Source: Lama glama
Lineage: Eukaryota
Direction: 5' to 3'
Assembly: GCA_028534125.1 (NCBI GenBank)
Contig: CM052817.1
Location: forward strand, 51,772,001 to 51,836,000
DNA length: 64,000 bases
Positions 37,990 to 51,034 of the stretch are shown here, in pieces (the first letter of the stretch is position 1; each line of letters starts with the position of its first letter). Both the position numbers and the translations under genes were made by a program. Below the pieces are notes generated by a model. That model searched no databases and had not been told where the DNA came from. It saw only the letters and a program-made list of their open reading frames with translations.

Positions 37990-38860
37990 TTACCTAGTAT
38001 TTCATAAAAATGTAAAACTCCAACAAACAGTAACAACACATCACTATAAAAAAACATTGAGAAGGAAATAACTGGGAAAAATTTGCCATATGTATGGCAG
38101 ATAAACATTATTTTTTAAAGTCTTGTAAACCTACACTGTACATACATAAATATGCTTGCAATCATCAGTAATAATAAAAAAATAATTAAAAGACAAGTTA
38201 AATAAAGAGATGCCATTTATCCTGATTGACACTTTAACCCATTTTAATTGGTGAGGGTATGTGAAAATAATCACTATCATATCCTATTGACCAGTGTGGA
38301 AATTTGTTCGACCTTTTTGGAAGGCAATATGCATAAAAATTAAAAATGTACACACACTTTGACCCAGCAATTTCACCTCTAGTGATTTATGCAAAGAAAA
38401 ATAATTGGAAAAGTACGAAGATGTAAGAGAATATTTTTCACAGTATTATTTATGATATCAAAATAGCAACATCAACTAACATGTCAACTGGGAAGGATTT
38501 GGGTAAATAAATTATGATACCTCACGTTGTGTGAAGCTAGGTAACCATTTTAAGGGCAGTAACAATTCTTTATTAATGGTATGAAATATTCAACACATAA
38601 CGTTAACTTAAAACAACCAACTTCTAAGATATTTTGGAAGTTTGATCACTTTTTTTTTTTTAGGGGACAGAGGGTAACCCACACCCATACCCATATACAG
38701 AAATAAACCCGGGAAATTATGTAACAGATTCTTAAAAGTAACTATCTTTGGGTGGTTAGTTTGTAGGTAACTTTAACTTAAAATCTTTTAATTCTATTTT
38801 CTGTTCTTTGAACATGAGACTATGTTGCATTTTTATCAGAAAAAAATTAATTTTTTATAT
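37990..38860 (+). mobile_element. Old L1 (L1ME-like) 3' end
   Basis: cctttttggaaggcaat..ctttgacccagcaatttcacctctag..ggtaaataaattatg. Confidence 0.82.
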
Positions 38861-40591
38861 TTTAAAAACACACACATGTCCAAATGTAAGGGTGATTATA
38901 ATGAACTGAATTACCTGTTCCTATTTGTTGTTTATTTGATCAGATAAAAGAAAAAACTGAATGTTTAAAGCATCTACTTAAAAAGTTCATAATGATTACT
39001 ACCACCACATAATCAACTTCAAAGGCAGCTCATGCCAACAACTATCAATAAGAAGATGTCCTAAGATGTGTTTTTTTTCTCCTCAGTGATGCAAGGCATG
39101 GTCTATAAATGCTAATGAAATTCCAATGTGTTAATATTTTTTCTACCCAAATACAAAAGTAAATAGATTAATATAATTTTTCTGTGAGGGCCTCAAAATT
39201 AATACAGATGAGATTTTAAAATTTTTTAAAGCAGAAATCAATTGAAAATTAATTGGAATTGGAAAGTTCCAAGGGATGACTTTATGAGATCTATTTTGTA
39301 AATTAATTTCTATTGATATAATTGAAAATATGAAATTTAGGCCTTCCATTCAATAGCAAAAATATCTAAGTTCTCCCACACATAAATTTAGTAGCAAAAG
39401 GTCAGATTTCAAATTTACATCAGATTTATTGAGCTCTCAGAATTTTTAGCTCCACTGAGTAACATTTCATTAAGTTATTTGCCAAGCATCTTTGCTGCTG
39501 TCTTTTAAAATATTATTTTTAAAAGTGGATAGAGTCCAGATGAACAAAGAATAATGTTTTAAAACTTAAGCAACGCCAAGAAGTGGGAAAACACCCATCA
39601 TGAACGCTGTTCTTTACTGCTTCCACAAAGCCTCTGAGTCGTTCTAATTAGTAAATACATGTGCTTCCAAGTGTGCGGTTTTAATAACACACAGAGTGCC
39701 AAAGGTCAGCCGTTATTTACATAAAAATGGGAACTGAGATGGCAATGCAAAATCAGATGTTAATACAAAAGGCAAAATGTTAATAAGAGAGGCTCCTGGA
39801 ACAAAAGACATCATCCTAGAACACTGAGTTCTTTTGATTATCCATTCTGTACATTTGTAAGTAGGTTCAAATCACAATTAAAATAAAAAGCTATCAGGTG
39901 CTTGAAACATCAGGGAGCAATGATGCTCAAGCCTTGCCAATCTTTACCGCTGGAGAGACGAAGCTAGACGACCCACATGGATGAGCCCCGTGATCTAGAA
40001 GTCACTGAAAATAGACTGGTCATGCACATGGAATGCCAAGTAACATTACTGAGTTAAACGGTCTATGTATGTCAGGAATGAGCTGGAAGCATACAATAAA
40101 GAGTTTAATAAATATATAAACTGAAAATTTCATATGTGATTTTTTTATTAAGTAGTAGTTTAATAAAATTAATACTCTCTTAGAATTTCAATTTTAACAA
40201 TGCCCTGGCAATTTTGCTGTTAATATTGTTTTATTTTTCCTGGCTAAGGCTCTAGACTTGGGAAATATATATATAACTTTAGTAAATGGGTGTAAAGCAC
40301 TTTTTAAATAATCTTTTCTTTTTCTTCTCCACAAGTCACAGTGACACTCTTCTCTGACCGTTGATTTGTAACTCCGACCTACTCAAAAAAATATCAGGAT
40401 ATAATTCTAATTTTAATTAGATAAACTGATTACATAGTTTTGTTAACACAGACCCCACTTATTCAGGTAATTATTAATAAGGGGCTTCAAATTCTTTAAA
40501 ATCTTGTTTTGCTTGAACAGCAATTCTATATTCAAACTGGTAGATCTAGCAAATAATTATTAATGTGTGAGTATACTTATGATATTATTAT

Positions 40592-40977
40592 CATTAAAAG
40601 AAAAGAAACAAGAGGCCCAAAGTGGAGTCACTTATGCCAAGCTCCCCATCAGGAAACAAAGACTTAATATTTAACCTAGTTTCAGTTTCAGCCTCTACTA
40701 GGAATGTTATCTTTAACCAATCAGTCTGGAAAGACCTGGTCAGCACTAGTAAGGTAATCTCCGTGACTGACCCCTGCCTTTCCCCAAAGGATGGTGACCT
40801 TGCCTGAAACAGTCCAGTTCCTTGCTCCGCCTCCTTCTGCCTATAAAATCTTCTATTTTATATAGCTTCTCAGAGCTCCTTTCTATTTGCTACATGGGCT
40901 GTTACCCAATTCATGAATTGATGAATGAAGACAATTAGATCTTTATTTTTTGCTCAGTTGAATTTTGTTCTTTAACA
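40592..40977 (+). mobile_element. ERV1-class solo LTR
   Basis: 4-bp TSD TTAT, 3' end ttaaca, CCAAT (~40717) and TATAAAA (~40842). Confidence 0.8.
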
Positions 40978-41089
40978 TTATTATTAGGGTTTCCCCTCAG
41001 TCCTTGAAGATAGGAACTCCTGACTCATTTTCTCAGCATGTATTGCAGTAACTATGGGCCCGTCTCTTAAGAGCATCACGTTTCTCATT

Positions 41090-41250
41090 TATGCCTCCAT
41101 AGCAATACCAAGTGTTTGACAATATTAGTTTTTCCATTTCACAGTTGAGAGTTCGAAAACTTAGAGAGCTTGTCTAAGGCCTCAGTGGCAGAGTTGGGAT
41201 TTCAATGCCAAGAATCCAATTCTGGACACTGCACACATCACCACCTTACT
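41090..41250 (-). mobile_element. MIR fragment
   Basis: ccatttcacagttgag..cttgtctaaggcc..gtggcagagttgggatt. Confidence 0.7.
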
Positions 41251-41479
41251 TTATTCCTTCTATATATAGAGTGAAAAAGGTGTAATGAATCTACTCATTA
41301 AATAAAGCTATTAATGCTTCAGATTACTAATGCTTTCATTTTAAAATACAGTTTTTGAAATTACATTTTAAAATATTTTTTAATTCAGAATTTTTCCTTT
41401 ACTAGTACGCCCCTCACATTTGAGAATTAATGTGACTGTATTATATTTTCTCATGTATTTGCTAGGTTTGCTAAAGTCA

Positions 41480-41700
41480 CTGTAAGGTGGGTTTGCGTTC
41501 TGGCTCTATCACTAACTGCTTGTGCAAGCATGGTAGGCTATGGAATTTCTCTTTGCATGGGTTTCTCCAGTTAGATAATGGGAATGATAGCATTCATACT
41601 TCACAGGGTTTTGTATAAGATAGCAAAGAATTAATCCATGTAATGTACATGGAACATAGCCTAGCTCACAAAAAAGTCCTAGGTATAGGTTTCATCATTA
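41480..41700 (+). mobile_element. MIR
   Basis: ctggctctatcactaactgc..ataatgggaatgatag..cttcacagggttttgt. Confidence 0.7.
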
Positions 41701-42011
41701 AGTTGTTCTTTGTTAGATATTAAATGCAACTTGTCAAATTAGTCAAAAAAATTTTACGGAGCTAAAATGTGTAAAGTATTATCCAAAGCATAACAAATTG
41801 AAGAGTGGGCCAGAGAACTCCATATGCTCCTTAAAGAGTTTTCTATCTCTCTTCTCCCTCAACGCCAATATTCACAGTCCCCCATTACAGCGTACCTAGA
41901 AGACTATTAGGGCTAATTTAATCATACCTTTACCCTCTTCACTAAGGCCATGCAAAATCCTAGGATGCCTGAGTCATCCCTCACAACCTGGACCTCATCC
42001 AGTTAGAGGAC

Positions 42012-42380
42012 TGTGCTGACATCCCACACCTGACTCCATCTCCCGCCCCTTCAGATTCACCCTCCAGTTTTCTCCACTCAGTTCTTGCCCCAGAGTGCTG
42101 ACCAACATGGGCTCCATCAACATTTTTCCTGTACTTTGGCTTCTGATTGGATCCAGCCAAGGGGAATCACTTATGGAAGATCGGAGAGAGTGAGGTTGGT
42201 GTATTTATCCCTCAGGCTCCCTCCCTGTGGGGTCACTCTGGGTTGGCATTTTCTGGACCAAAGGTCTTAGCTTCTGTCCAGTGGTCTCTTCGAGCATTTC
42301 TCTCTCATTCTCTGGGTCCCTCCTCTTGTCCCTTCAGGACTGGGGGAAGAAAGAGTATCTGCTGTCATTCTCCCTTATTG
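42012..42380 (+). mobile_element. LTR33-family (ERVL) LTR, 3' truncated
   Basis: gccccttcagattcaccctcca..tggcttctgattgg..gagagtgaggttggtgtatttatccc..gctccctccctg. Confidence 0.8.
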
Positions 42381-43026
42381 TCCCTTATGTCACTCCCCTC
42401 TGCTTTCCCCTACAGTCTGATCTCAGTAAAGCCGCTATGCCCTCAGCTTCTGAAATATTCCTTTTGAACTTTCTTACATCAACTAAAAGTAGGTCTCCTT
42501 TGGGGATGCTGCTACCTCATAGAGTAGCGGCAGTTTATTCTATCAGACACGTATGCTAGTGGGCTTGGTATATATCATCACTTTAGAGTTATTATTCCCT
42601 CCTTCATCTTAAAAATTTCAGCTTTAAGGTTATATAACAGAATTAAACCACTTTATACTCCACTGTGTTGCTGTAACACTTACAATGCTCCCCCTCCATC
42701 AGTTATCACCTGGGAAAAAAACAAGTCTGGATAAATCCAACTGGTACAGCTGACTTGGCAAAGAAAAAATTACAGTCATGATGCCTGATCATCATTTTTG
42801 AATCATCAGCCATATTTGAGCCCAGAACTCTTTCCAGAAATCTTACTATATTTCCTCAACTTATTCTCTCTCTTACTCATAGATGTTTCCTCTTTCTCAA
42901 CCTACAGGACATCCTCCTCTATTCTCACATTTAAGAAATAGAATTAACTCCCCTCACACCTCCACCTTAGCCAGCCAACATGCACCTTTCCTCACTTCCT
43001 CTGCCTTTATTCTTGTTACTATAGAT

Positions 43027-44007
43027 CAGTGATTCTTGTCATCAATCACATTACCTCCTAAAGATTTCTGGCTTTATTGTAATTTATAAAATGATTCAGA
43101 GGAGTGGCAATACTAGCTTCTAGGTGGTAGAAACCAGGACTCCTATAAAAACTGCAACAAATGGGATAGTCGCACTCTCAAAGAAGTGTTTTCCAATAAG
43201 CTGTACAACTTTTAAATATCCTGCCGTGCGTTTATGTGTGTAAAAATCTGTTTACAATTGCCTGTGTTCAGAACAAATTTCTACTTAGAAAGTAAGCATA
43301 AAGAAAAATTTACCCATTTTTAATGCACACTGGATTTGGAGTGAATTTCACTAATCATATATTATTGAGGGGAGATTTTAATTTTAGAAATTTAGCAATA
43401 GCCCCTCACCATTTTTGAAAAATAAGTCAACTGAACAACTTAGTTCATTATATTTGAGGTAATTGGATCTAAATACAATACACGTGTCAGTCCATATTTG
43501 TGCTTTTATATTAACATAGTCTCCTTGTCAGTGCATTTAACTATTTCATCAGGTATCCCATGCAATTATGTTCTAGAAATTAAACTAAATGTTATTTTGT
43601 TATAAATTATTTTACTTCTCATTTTGATTGCAGTTAAGATATAATGTTGATATTTTTTAAATTAAATATTAACATGTTGCTATATATAAAACAGATAACA
43701 AGGACCTACCATATAGCACAAGGAACTATATTCAATTTCTTATAATAATATATAACAGAAGAGTCTGAAAAAAAAAATATAGGTATGTATATGTACAACT
43801 GAGTCACTTTGCTGTACACCTGAAACTAACATTGTAAATCAACTACATTTCAATAAAAAAATTCTTTAAAAAACCAATAAAAGGAAAAAACTGAAAAAAT
43901 GTGAAGATGTTATCATTTATAGGAACATAATTTTTGCATAGTAGAGGGCAAGTTACCAAATATTTGATAAACAGAGGTAGTGGGTCTGATGGCATTGAAA
44001 ACCATCG
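43027..44007 (+). mobile_element. MER20B (hAT-Charlie), interrupted by L1
   Basis: Collinear with MER20B from cagtgattct to tgggtctgatggcattgaaaaccatcg. Confidence 0.8.
43665..43890 (+). mobile_element. Artiodactyl-type L1 3' end
   Basis: aacaaggacctaccatatagcacaaggaactatattcaat..actgagtcactttgctgtacacctgaaactaaca..aataaaaaa. Confidence 0.88.
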
Positions 44008-44225
44008 TATACACAAGTCATGCTCCTTTCAAAGCCCAAATCTGCAAAAATGAATTTTATGCCCAATTTCCTTCTCAAAGACAGTACTTCAGTAATTGGC
44101 CTCGGCTCTGTCTTGCGCTGTTTGTGCATTTCAAAATTGGCTAGACCAGTCTCCAAAACATAGAAGTGTGTTTTAGAATCTCCCATAAAAAATAAAAGTT
44201 TTCCTTGAGCATGTCTGGCAGTTAC

Positions 44226-44956
44226 TGTTGTTGAACCCGAGTGCTTGTGCCCAATGCACAGTGGGGCCAAACAAACCCAAATGTCAGTTTGGAGCAGGGA
44301 AAGGTTTATCGCAAGAACCAAGCAAGGAGAACTGGTGGCTTGTGCTCAGAAGACTCCCTGATGGGTCTCAGGGGAGAGTTTTTAAAGGCAAATTTCGGGA
44401 GACAGCTGCAGGGTGTGTGGCTGTCTTCTAATTGGCTTGTGGTGAGGTAACAGGTTGATGGTCCAGTAATCTCAATCATCAGCAAGAATCATCAGGTTCT
44501 GGCCAGTCTGGGGTCCAGTGCTACTGCCTATAGTTACCATCCTCCATCTGGGTGGGGACCTTGTTCCTGTAAAGGACCTCAGAGATCCAAATCAGATGGT
44601 TGTGTATACTTCCTGAAGAGGAACCAAGGTCATGTCCCATCTCTGCACTGTTGTTTCTTGACTGCTCCTCCTTTACTTCTGCATTTCCTCACTCCCCTGA
44701 TTAGTAACTGTTTGAATCTGCCCTTTGGAACTTAGGGAAGCTCTAGGAGGCTGAAACCTTCTTCCTACAAGTAAGAAACATGACAAGGACTGGGAGGGCC
44801 CCACAGGGTCCTGCTGGATTTTGATACTCCATTTTTTTTTGCTACTTCTCAATCTTAAGGGGAATGGGTGTTGGACAAGAAAGGGAATAACATTTTAGAT
44901 AGAAAGGTTAATCATAAACTTGGCAGAGGAACTTGATTTTAGGGGGATTGGTTGCA
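44226..44956 (-). mobile_element. ERV1-class solo LTR (731 bp)
   Basis: TG...CA termini, perfect 4-bp TSD TTAC (44222-44225, 44957-44960), and CCAAT, TATA-like and poly(A)-like motifs on the minus strand. Confidence 0.9.
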
Positions 44957-45441
44957 TTACTTTTCTTTGTTCTATTTTACAGTAAAATTTCAAGATTATT
45001 TTACATTATTCACTTTTTCTTAATCCTTTCATCTTTTTCCCTCTAGAACCCAAATCATTAGGGCATTTCTGCCCCTACCAGGCCAAAATACCTCTTGTTA
45101 AGAACAACAGCACCTCCTCAGTGCTAAATCCAAGGTTTCTGTGTTTTCTTTTCTTTTTACTGGCCTAGCACAGATTTTAACTCAATTATGTAACTGTGGT
45201 TTTTTGTTTTTCGTTTTTTTAAAGCCTACATGTCGTAGTGCCTTAGGGATCATTCCTCAGACTTCTTGTCTTCCCCTAGTAATTTCATCCAACCTCATAA
45301 TCTTAATTGTGATCTATATGCAGGTGATTTAGAATTTACTCCTTCAGCCTGGACCTTTGTCCTCACCTGAAGACTTGCGTCCAACCGATTATTAGTAAGC
45401 GCTCTGCTTACTTCCTAAAACCATCTACATCCACTGCCTTC

Positions 45442-45919
45442 TGTGAATGAAAAATACTGCAAACCCTATCAGTAAACAAAGAATGCTGAAGCCATCAAGT
45501 CATCAGCGATTGACCCACCCCCCAGTCAAGACAAGCCTGCAGCCCAGCCTCTGCAGCCACTCACAATGGTGCACCCTGAGGACACTCAGAATAAGAAAGG
45601 ACAGGATACTGGCCCTAGACAGCTAGGTGCTTGTCAAAGGAATGAATTCAATGAGCTCAAATGTTTGCTTCCTCCCATACATAGAAAAGCACTAAATTCT
45701 TTAACTTGAGATGCCTGGTTTTCTTTACATAACAAATAATCTCTTATTGTTCCAACTACCTGGTCTTTATTGTAAAGCTCCTACATATCCTAGCTCCTCC
45801 CCTACCTCTTTGGAGCAGTTCCTCAGAGTGATCTGAGAGGCTGTCAGCACTGCTTGAGTCCTCCTGCCAAATAAAACATAACTCTCAACTTTTAGGCTGC
45901 ACATTTATTTTAGTTGACA
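45442..45919 (+). mobile_element. ERV1-class solo LTR (478 bp) inserted in L2
   Basis: TG...CA, AATAAA 45870-45875, TSD cttc/cgtc (3 of 4 match). Confidence 0.85.
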
Positions 45920-46263
45920 CGTCTCACTTAACCTTGCTTTAGCCCCACTGACCTTCTCAAATATCCTCAAACACCTCAAGCATGATCTTGCCACAGGGCA
46001 TTTGCACTTAGTCTTCTCTTGCCCAGTAGGTCAACTCCCTTTTGTTCACATGGAATGTCTTTCATGGTTTAGGGTATGTCAGTTTTATAGTGAATCATTC
46101 CCCCACCACCCTGATAAAATAACCACCTCCCCTCCCCCAGCAACCCTCTCTAATCCCCTGATTTGGCTTTGTCATCATTTGACCCGTTTCTGTATGTACT
46201 TCTTTATTTGCTCATTAGCCCTTTTATCCTTTAGAATGAAAGCTCCATTTGGTGAGGGGGTAC

Positions 46264-46712
46264 TGTATGATCAGGCCACGCAGGATGGCTGTTCTCTTGC
46301 TCTCTGTACATCCCTTGCTGGACCAGTGCTGGCTTCACCTCTACCCTGCTCACCTGACTGATCTTCCTACTTAGTACTTGCCCCCAGATGTGATTGTTCT
46401 AGCCTTAGATCAGAACTCTCCACTATGCTTATCAGAGGGGTGGTGAGGGGTGTGCCCCTCTGCTGGTTTCCCTGGTAACCAGTTAGCAAACCTGACCATA
46501 ATTCTTCCTGTAACCGGTAACCTCCCCCTCCCCCCCCCCCCCTGGGAGTGAGGACTGCTGTCTTGTTGAGCTGCCTGGGGTTTCACTCCAGGGCAGACAT
46601 GTACGATCCCTCCCCATCCATTAAACCATTGATGTCTCTGTTCCTGACTCCGGGCTCTTCTGGCTTGAAGCTGGGCAAGTACAGGGATGTAGATCTGCAG
46701 GGTGCAGCCAAC
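46264..46712 (+). mobile_element. LTR, probably ERVL class (MER54/74-like)
   Basis: TG start, ATTAAA 46620-46625, U5-like cttgaagctgggcaagtacagg..gggtgcagcc. TSD not resolved. Confidence 0.7.
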
Positions 46713-47249
46713 TTTCACATCTTGAAAGTTTATCTTTATTCATTTAAACCTCTTAATTAGCCAGCATGTCTCCTTTGCTTTCTAATTCTTACACTGATAA
46801 CAAATGGATTTTTTTTTAATTTGAAAAAGACCTGTGAAATCAAAGTCTGAATTAAGAACCTTTCAGCAGAAAGTTCTTTAGGATTTTCTCAGGCTTCCAG
46901 CTTTTCGATATATGATCATCTCAGGCTTGCCTACATGCGAAATGAGTCCTCACTTAGATTCTGAAATTCATTGTAAAAAGCAGGGAATGAGGGAAATGCC
47001 AAGGGCTACGAATAGATCCCCTGGCCACTGATGGCCTCGGGCTGCAGGATGAAGGGTGTTCAACAGTAGTGTGTCTGTTAAAGTTGATTATTTCTTGGCA
47101 TGTTCCATGCTTACAGCAGTAACTGAAATAACTCCATAAATTACTAACAAATGGATTCAAGGAGTTTTGGAAATACCATGAACACATGGAAGAATGATCA
47201 TGATAACTATAGACAATATCTGTTATACTACCTTGGAGGCATTTCAAAG

Positions 47250-47980
47250 CCTGAAAACTTGGAGTGAATTTCTAACACCTACTTTTGACTTTGGGCAAGT
47301 TGCTTAAAATTCCTGAGCTTTTATTTCCTAATCTGTATAATGGAGACAGTAACAAACCCACCTTACCTGGTTGTTGCGAGGATTAAATGATTTAATATAT
47401 ATAAAGTTCTCAGAACAATGTCTCTGTAGGGAGCAAAAAGTTTTCCTCAACCCTCTTAAGGGTCCCTGGCTAGGTCTGAAAATTAAACTCACAGAGACAT
47501 TAACAAGAAAAAAGCATATAAATTTTTAAAACTTTTGTTGAATTTTTACGTGTACATGAGAGCTTTCACAAGAGAATGAAGACCCTAAGAAGTGACTAGA
47601 GGAGGCTTTTATACCTTTAGGACAAAGAAACAATACATTTGTGAAAAACTGACTAGACACAGGGTTTAGGGCTGGGGTGGCAGGATTGGGGCTAGGTAGT
47701 CCTTTTCCTCCTTAACCTGGAAGGCAAGAGTTTAACAAGGTTTGCTTGCAATTTCCTCTGGTGGCATTTCTGGATTGATGAGAGACTATCTCCAGTAAAA
47801 GGAAAATTTATTTCCAGCCATTAGGCAGAAAAGGAGGGGCTTTTTCCATGTTTGCTGTTTCTTAATTGCCTTCAGCGCAAAATAATTCTTACAGCAAAAA
47901 GGCATATTTTGGGGTGAGGTATTCTGGTTTCCTTCACCTAGTACAGAATAAGTGAGCAATATGAACTAGCTTTGTTCCTT
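47250..47980 (+). mobile_element. MIR split by an LTR
   Basis: gactttgggcaagttgcttaa..gaggattaaatga..cagaacaatg, then the LTR, then cctagtacagaataag. Confidence 0.8.
47425..47936 (-). mobile_element. MER34/MER39-like ERV1 solo LTR
   Basis: Reverse complement starts tgaaggaaaccagaatacctcaccccaaaatatgcc..gctgaaggcaattaagaaacagca. TG...CA termini. Confidence 0.85.
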
Positions 47981-50900
47981 TCCATTATTCTAATCTGGAA
48001 TTTTTCAAGTTATCTTAAATTTATTTTTAATATTTGAAAGATTAAAAGTGAATTTTTAAAAGTTTTTGTTTAAAGATTTCCCCTTTAAATTTAAGAGAAA
48101 TAAAACCTACAAGATTTAAACATATTTGAATCTAGTATTTTATTTCTGGGACGATTTAATATGTTGGAGTCCTCTAAATATTTAGATTTTGTGGAAGTCC
48201 ATTTTCCACCTAGAAATTAAAAAAAAAAGTGTAATGCAGAGAATTAGCACCACCTTAAAAATTATGGTTCTCAGTGGAATAATCAAAGGTCAGGCTCCCA
48301 GGTAGGCTATTGCTTTTATTCCTGGGCTGTACCCACAGTCATTCACTTTCAAAACTATAAGTACATCACTAGACAGAGTGCTTTGCTATTATTTGATAAA
48401 TCTCACCCCAAGAGATGGGTCTAACAATCACACTGTCTGATGAATGAAAGCTCTAAGATGTGAAAGGGCCTGGCTTAGATGGAACCTGACAGTGAATGCT
48501 GTTCCTGTCAGTCAGGCCCAAGCAGCCAGCGAGGCTTTGGTGATTTTTGACATAATTAAGCTTCATGCTTAGCATAAGAGATGGATTTAATCAGCCATAT
48601 GATTCACGTTATATGTCAGATGATCAAAAGTTGACATGCTGCACATGAACGTCTCTCCACATTCTGAAGATCATCCTGATGTGGCATCAAATAACAAAAA
48701 AAGATCATTCATAAAGGATGTCCTCCCTTTATCTTCTCTCTTTTTGGAGTCTCCTTGTTTTCAAACTAAATATCTCTACATGTTCTCACACAAGTGACTC
48801 CTGGCTGTGAAAATGTCCCATGGGGGTTAAATAACAAATTGACACCAGTTTGGGTAAAGGTTTCCTAATTAGCTGATCGAGGCTGTCAGCCCATGAGAGG
48901 AAGCAAAGCACCACGATATTCTTAACACATTCCTCCTCATCATCTCCCACTCCTCCCTGCTAATTCTGATTAGCTCAGAGGCCTGGAAATCAGCTTAGCT
49001 TTTGTAAGGAAGCTTTTGTAAGTTGCAGTCTTTCTTTCCTAAACATGTTTGTTGTCAGGAAGCCAAAAGTATGTTGAGAGTCTTCTGTAAGCTTCATCGG
49101 AGGAGGATGGAGGTTTATAATAAGGCTATTTGCATATAAATTATACTTAGAATGTACAGAGGAGTGGAGTCTGAGAAATGCTATTATTTGGAAAGAAAAT
49201 AAAGGGCCAATCTCTGCTATAAAACCATTTTTTAAAGCTCTGTGGAATTGGATGGTTTGTATATCTTGTGGCACAACCAGCTGCAAGTTCACGGGGACAA
49301 TTTTGGCAATCTGCAGGGCTCCCAACTGGGAGCTTTTATGACATTTAATTGGAGATCAGCATTCTGTAGGGGTGGATACAAAGGAATCTGTGTGATATCA
49401 GAAAGGAAAGTTCTCTGTCTATTCTTAATACTAGAAAATTTAAAACATTGTGGTGCTATTTATGTATATCTGAAACCTCACATAAATTAAAAGTAACACA
49501 ACTAGTAGAGCACAAACATAAGCAATATTCTCTTTTCTTACAACAAAGATTCCTTTACAAATATTCTATTCACTGCTGTACTGACTCTACAACACAGTGA
49601 TTTTTCATGAGAAGAGAAGATTTCTGACTGTAAATTTGGCTTTAACTGATCAGCAGTAATCCACTTCCCAGGTCATGTTTGAAATGAACTATACATTCGA
49701 TATTTTAAAATTATTTTGATGAAAAATTATGGCTAAAAAGAGACAACCTTCCACCGTGCACTGAAAGATGAACATTCCTAGAAATACAATCACTAATCTA
49801 AATGAGACACTATCCAGGATGAATTAGAGCAATCCTTGGGCCCTCCTGTCCTCAGGCTACAAACCATGAGAAAACTATGAATTGACTACCACCTGATGCA
49901 GCTGTATAAGGGGACCATTGAGCAATTTGTTTCTAAAGGGGGAAAAAAAAAAAAGAAAGAAGACACCTTCAGGGCATAAAGACACTTTGCTAATGAAATA
50001 ACACCCTGGCTAAATTAAAAGCTTCACCTAGCCTGAAGTCATTTAGATTTGCTCTTTGTTCGTTTCTCTTTGTCCCCTCCTCTTTCTCCTCCCAATCTGT
50101 CACTGACATTCACATATTTAAACTTCACTGTGATGGTTATATTATTTTAGTGTAACGATGAGACTTAGATGAGATGTACTTATGTGAGATGTATGAGGTG
50201 CAGAGCATTGCAAGTTATTCAGCTACAAACCTTTAGGTTTGTCTTAATATATTGAAAAAAAAAATTTTGTTTTGAAAACAGAGATCTGTTTAGAAAGCTA
50301 TTTCCTGAGGGACTAATTCTTCTAGCGAATAGCTTTCCATTACATCCTTGCAGCCTCATTGACTCCAAAACAGACAACATGTGGGCTTCTCACTCCTCAC
50401 TTTCCTTCATGAAAACTGGATGTGGTAGTCCGCCAGGGTGAGCCAAAGACTGACTGCAGTTCTAGGGCTACGAATTTAATCAGATGAGATCTCAACAGGA
50501 GAAAATATGATTCGGATGGTTTTAGGATTCACTTCCAAAGAGGATCAGTTTTTTCAATTGCATTAGAGACTGTGAAATTTACAGATTTCACACCATTTCT
50601 TCTTTTGCTCTAGTAGATATTTTAATACGATGAGAGGCTGAGAGGATAAAAATAGTTCACAAATTAGTGAGTTGTAACAAATAGCACATGCTGTTTTTAA
50701 CTTCACTAAGCCCTCAAATTTCCTTAGTATAATTTAAGTCTCTTAGAGGCACCTGTCCTCTGCTCAAGTTCTCTTTTCTTGATTATACCTCATTTCAATG
50801 CAATACAGCAACTGTTTAGTAAGTACATATTGTGCATAAAGCTCTGAGCTAAATACTCAAGTTAATAAAAAAAAAAGTAAGAAAAACATATAATGTTAAG

Positions 50901-51034
50901 AAATTTCCTTAACATGTTTCCTTAACAGGTGAATCTATTTATAATTATGTGAAGGCCTTAAATTATCTGATTCTTGTTTAATTTTGGAATTATTTTTTCC
51001 CCTACCAAACTCTATGCTGAATTTATAACAAAAC

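Noticed and set aside
46452..46466. CTCF-like motif (also 60187-60198)
   Set aside because: Each is one base off the core spacing, so it cannot be supported without PWM scoring or ChIP.
46521..46542. G-quadruplex on the minus strand
   Set aside because: A simple C-homopolymer expansion inside an LTR, with no evidence of function.
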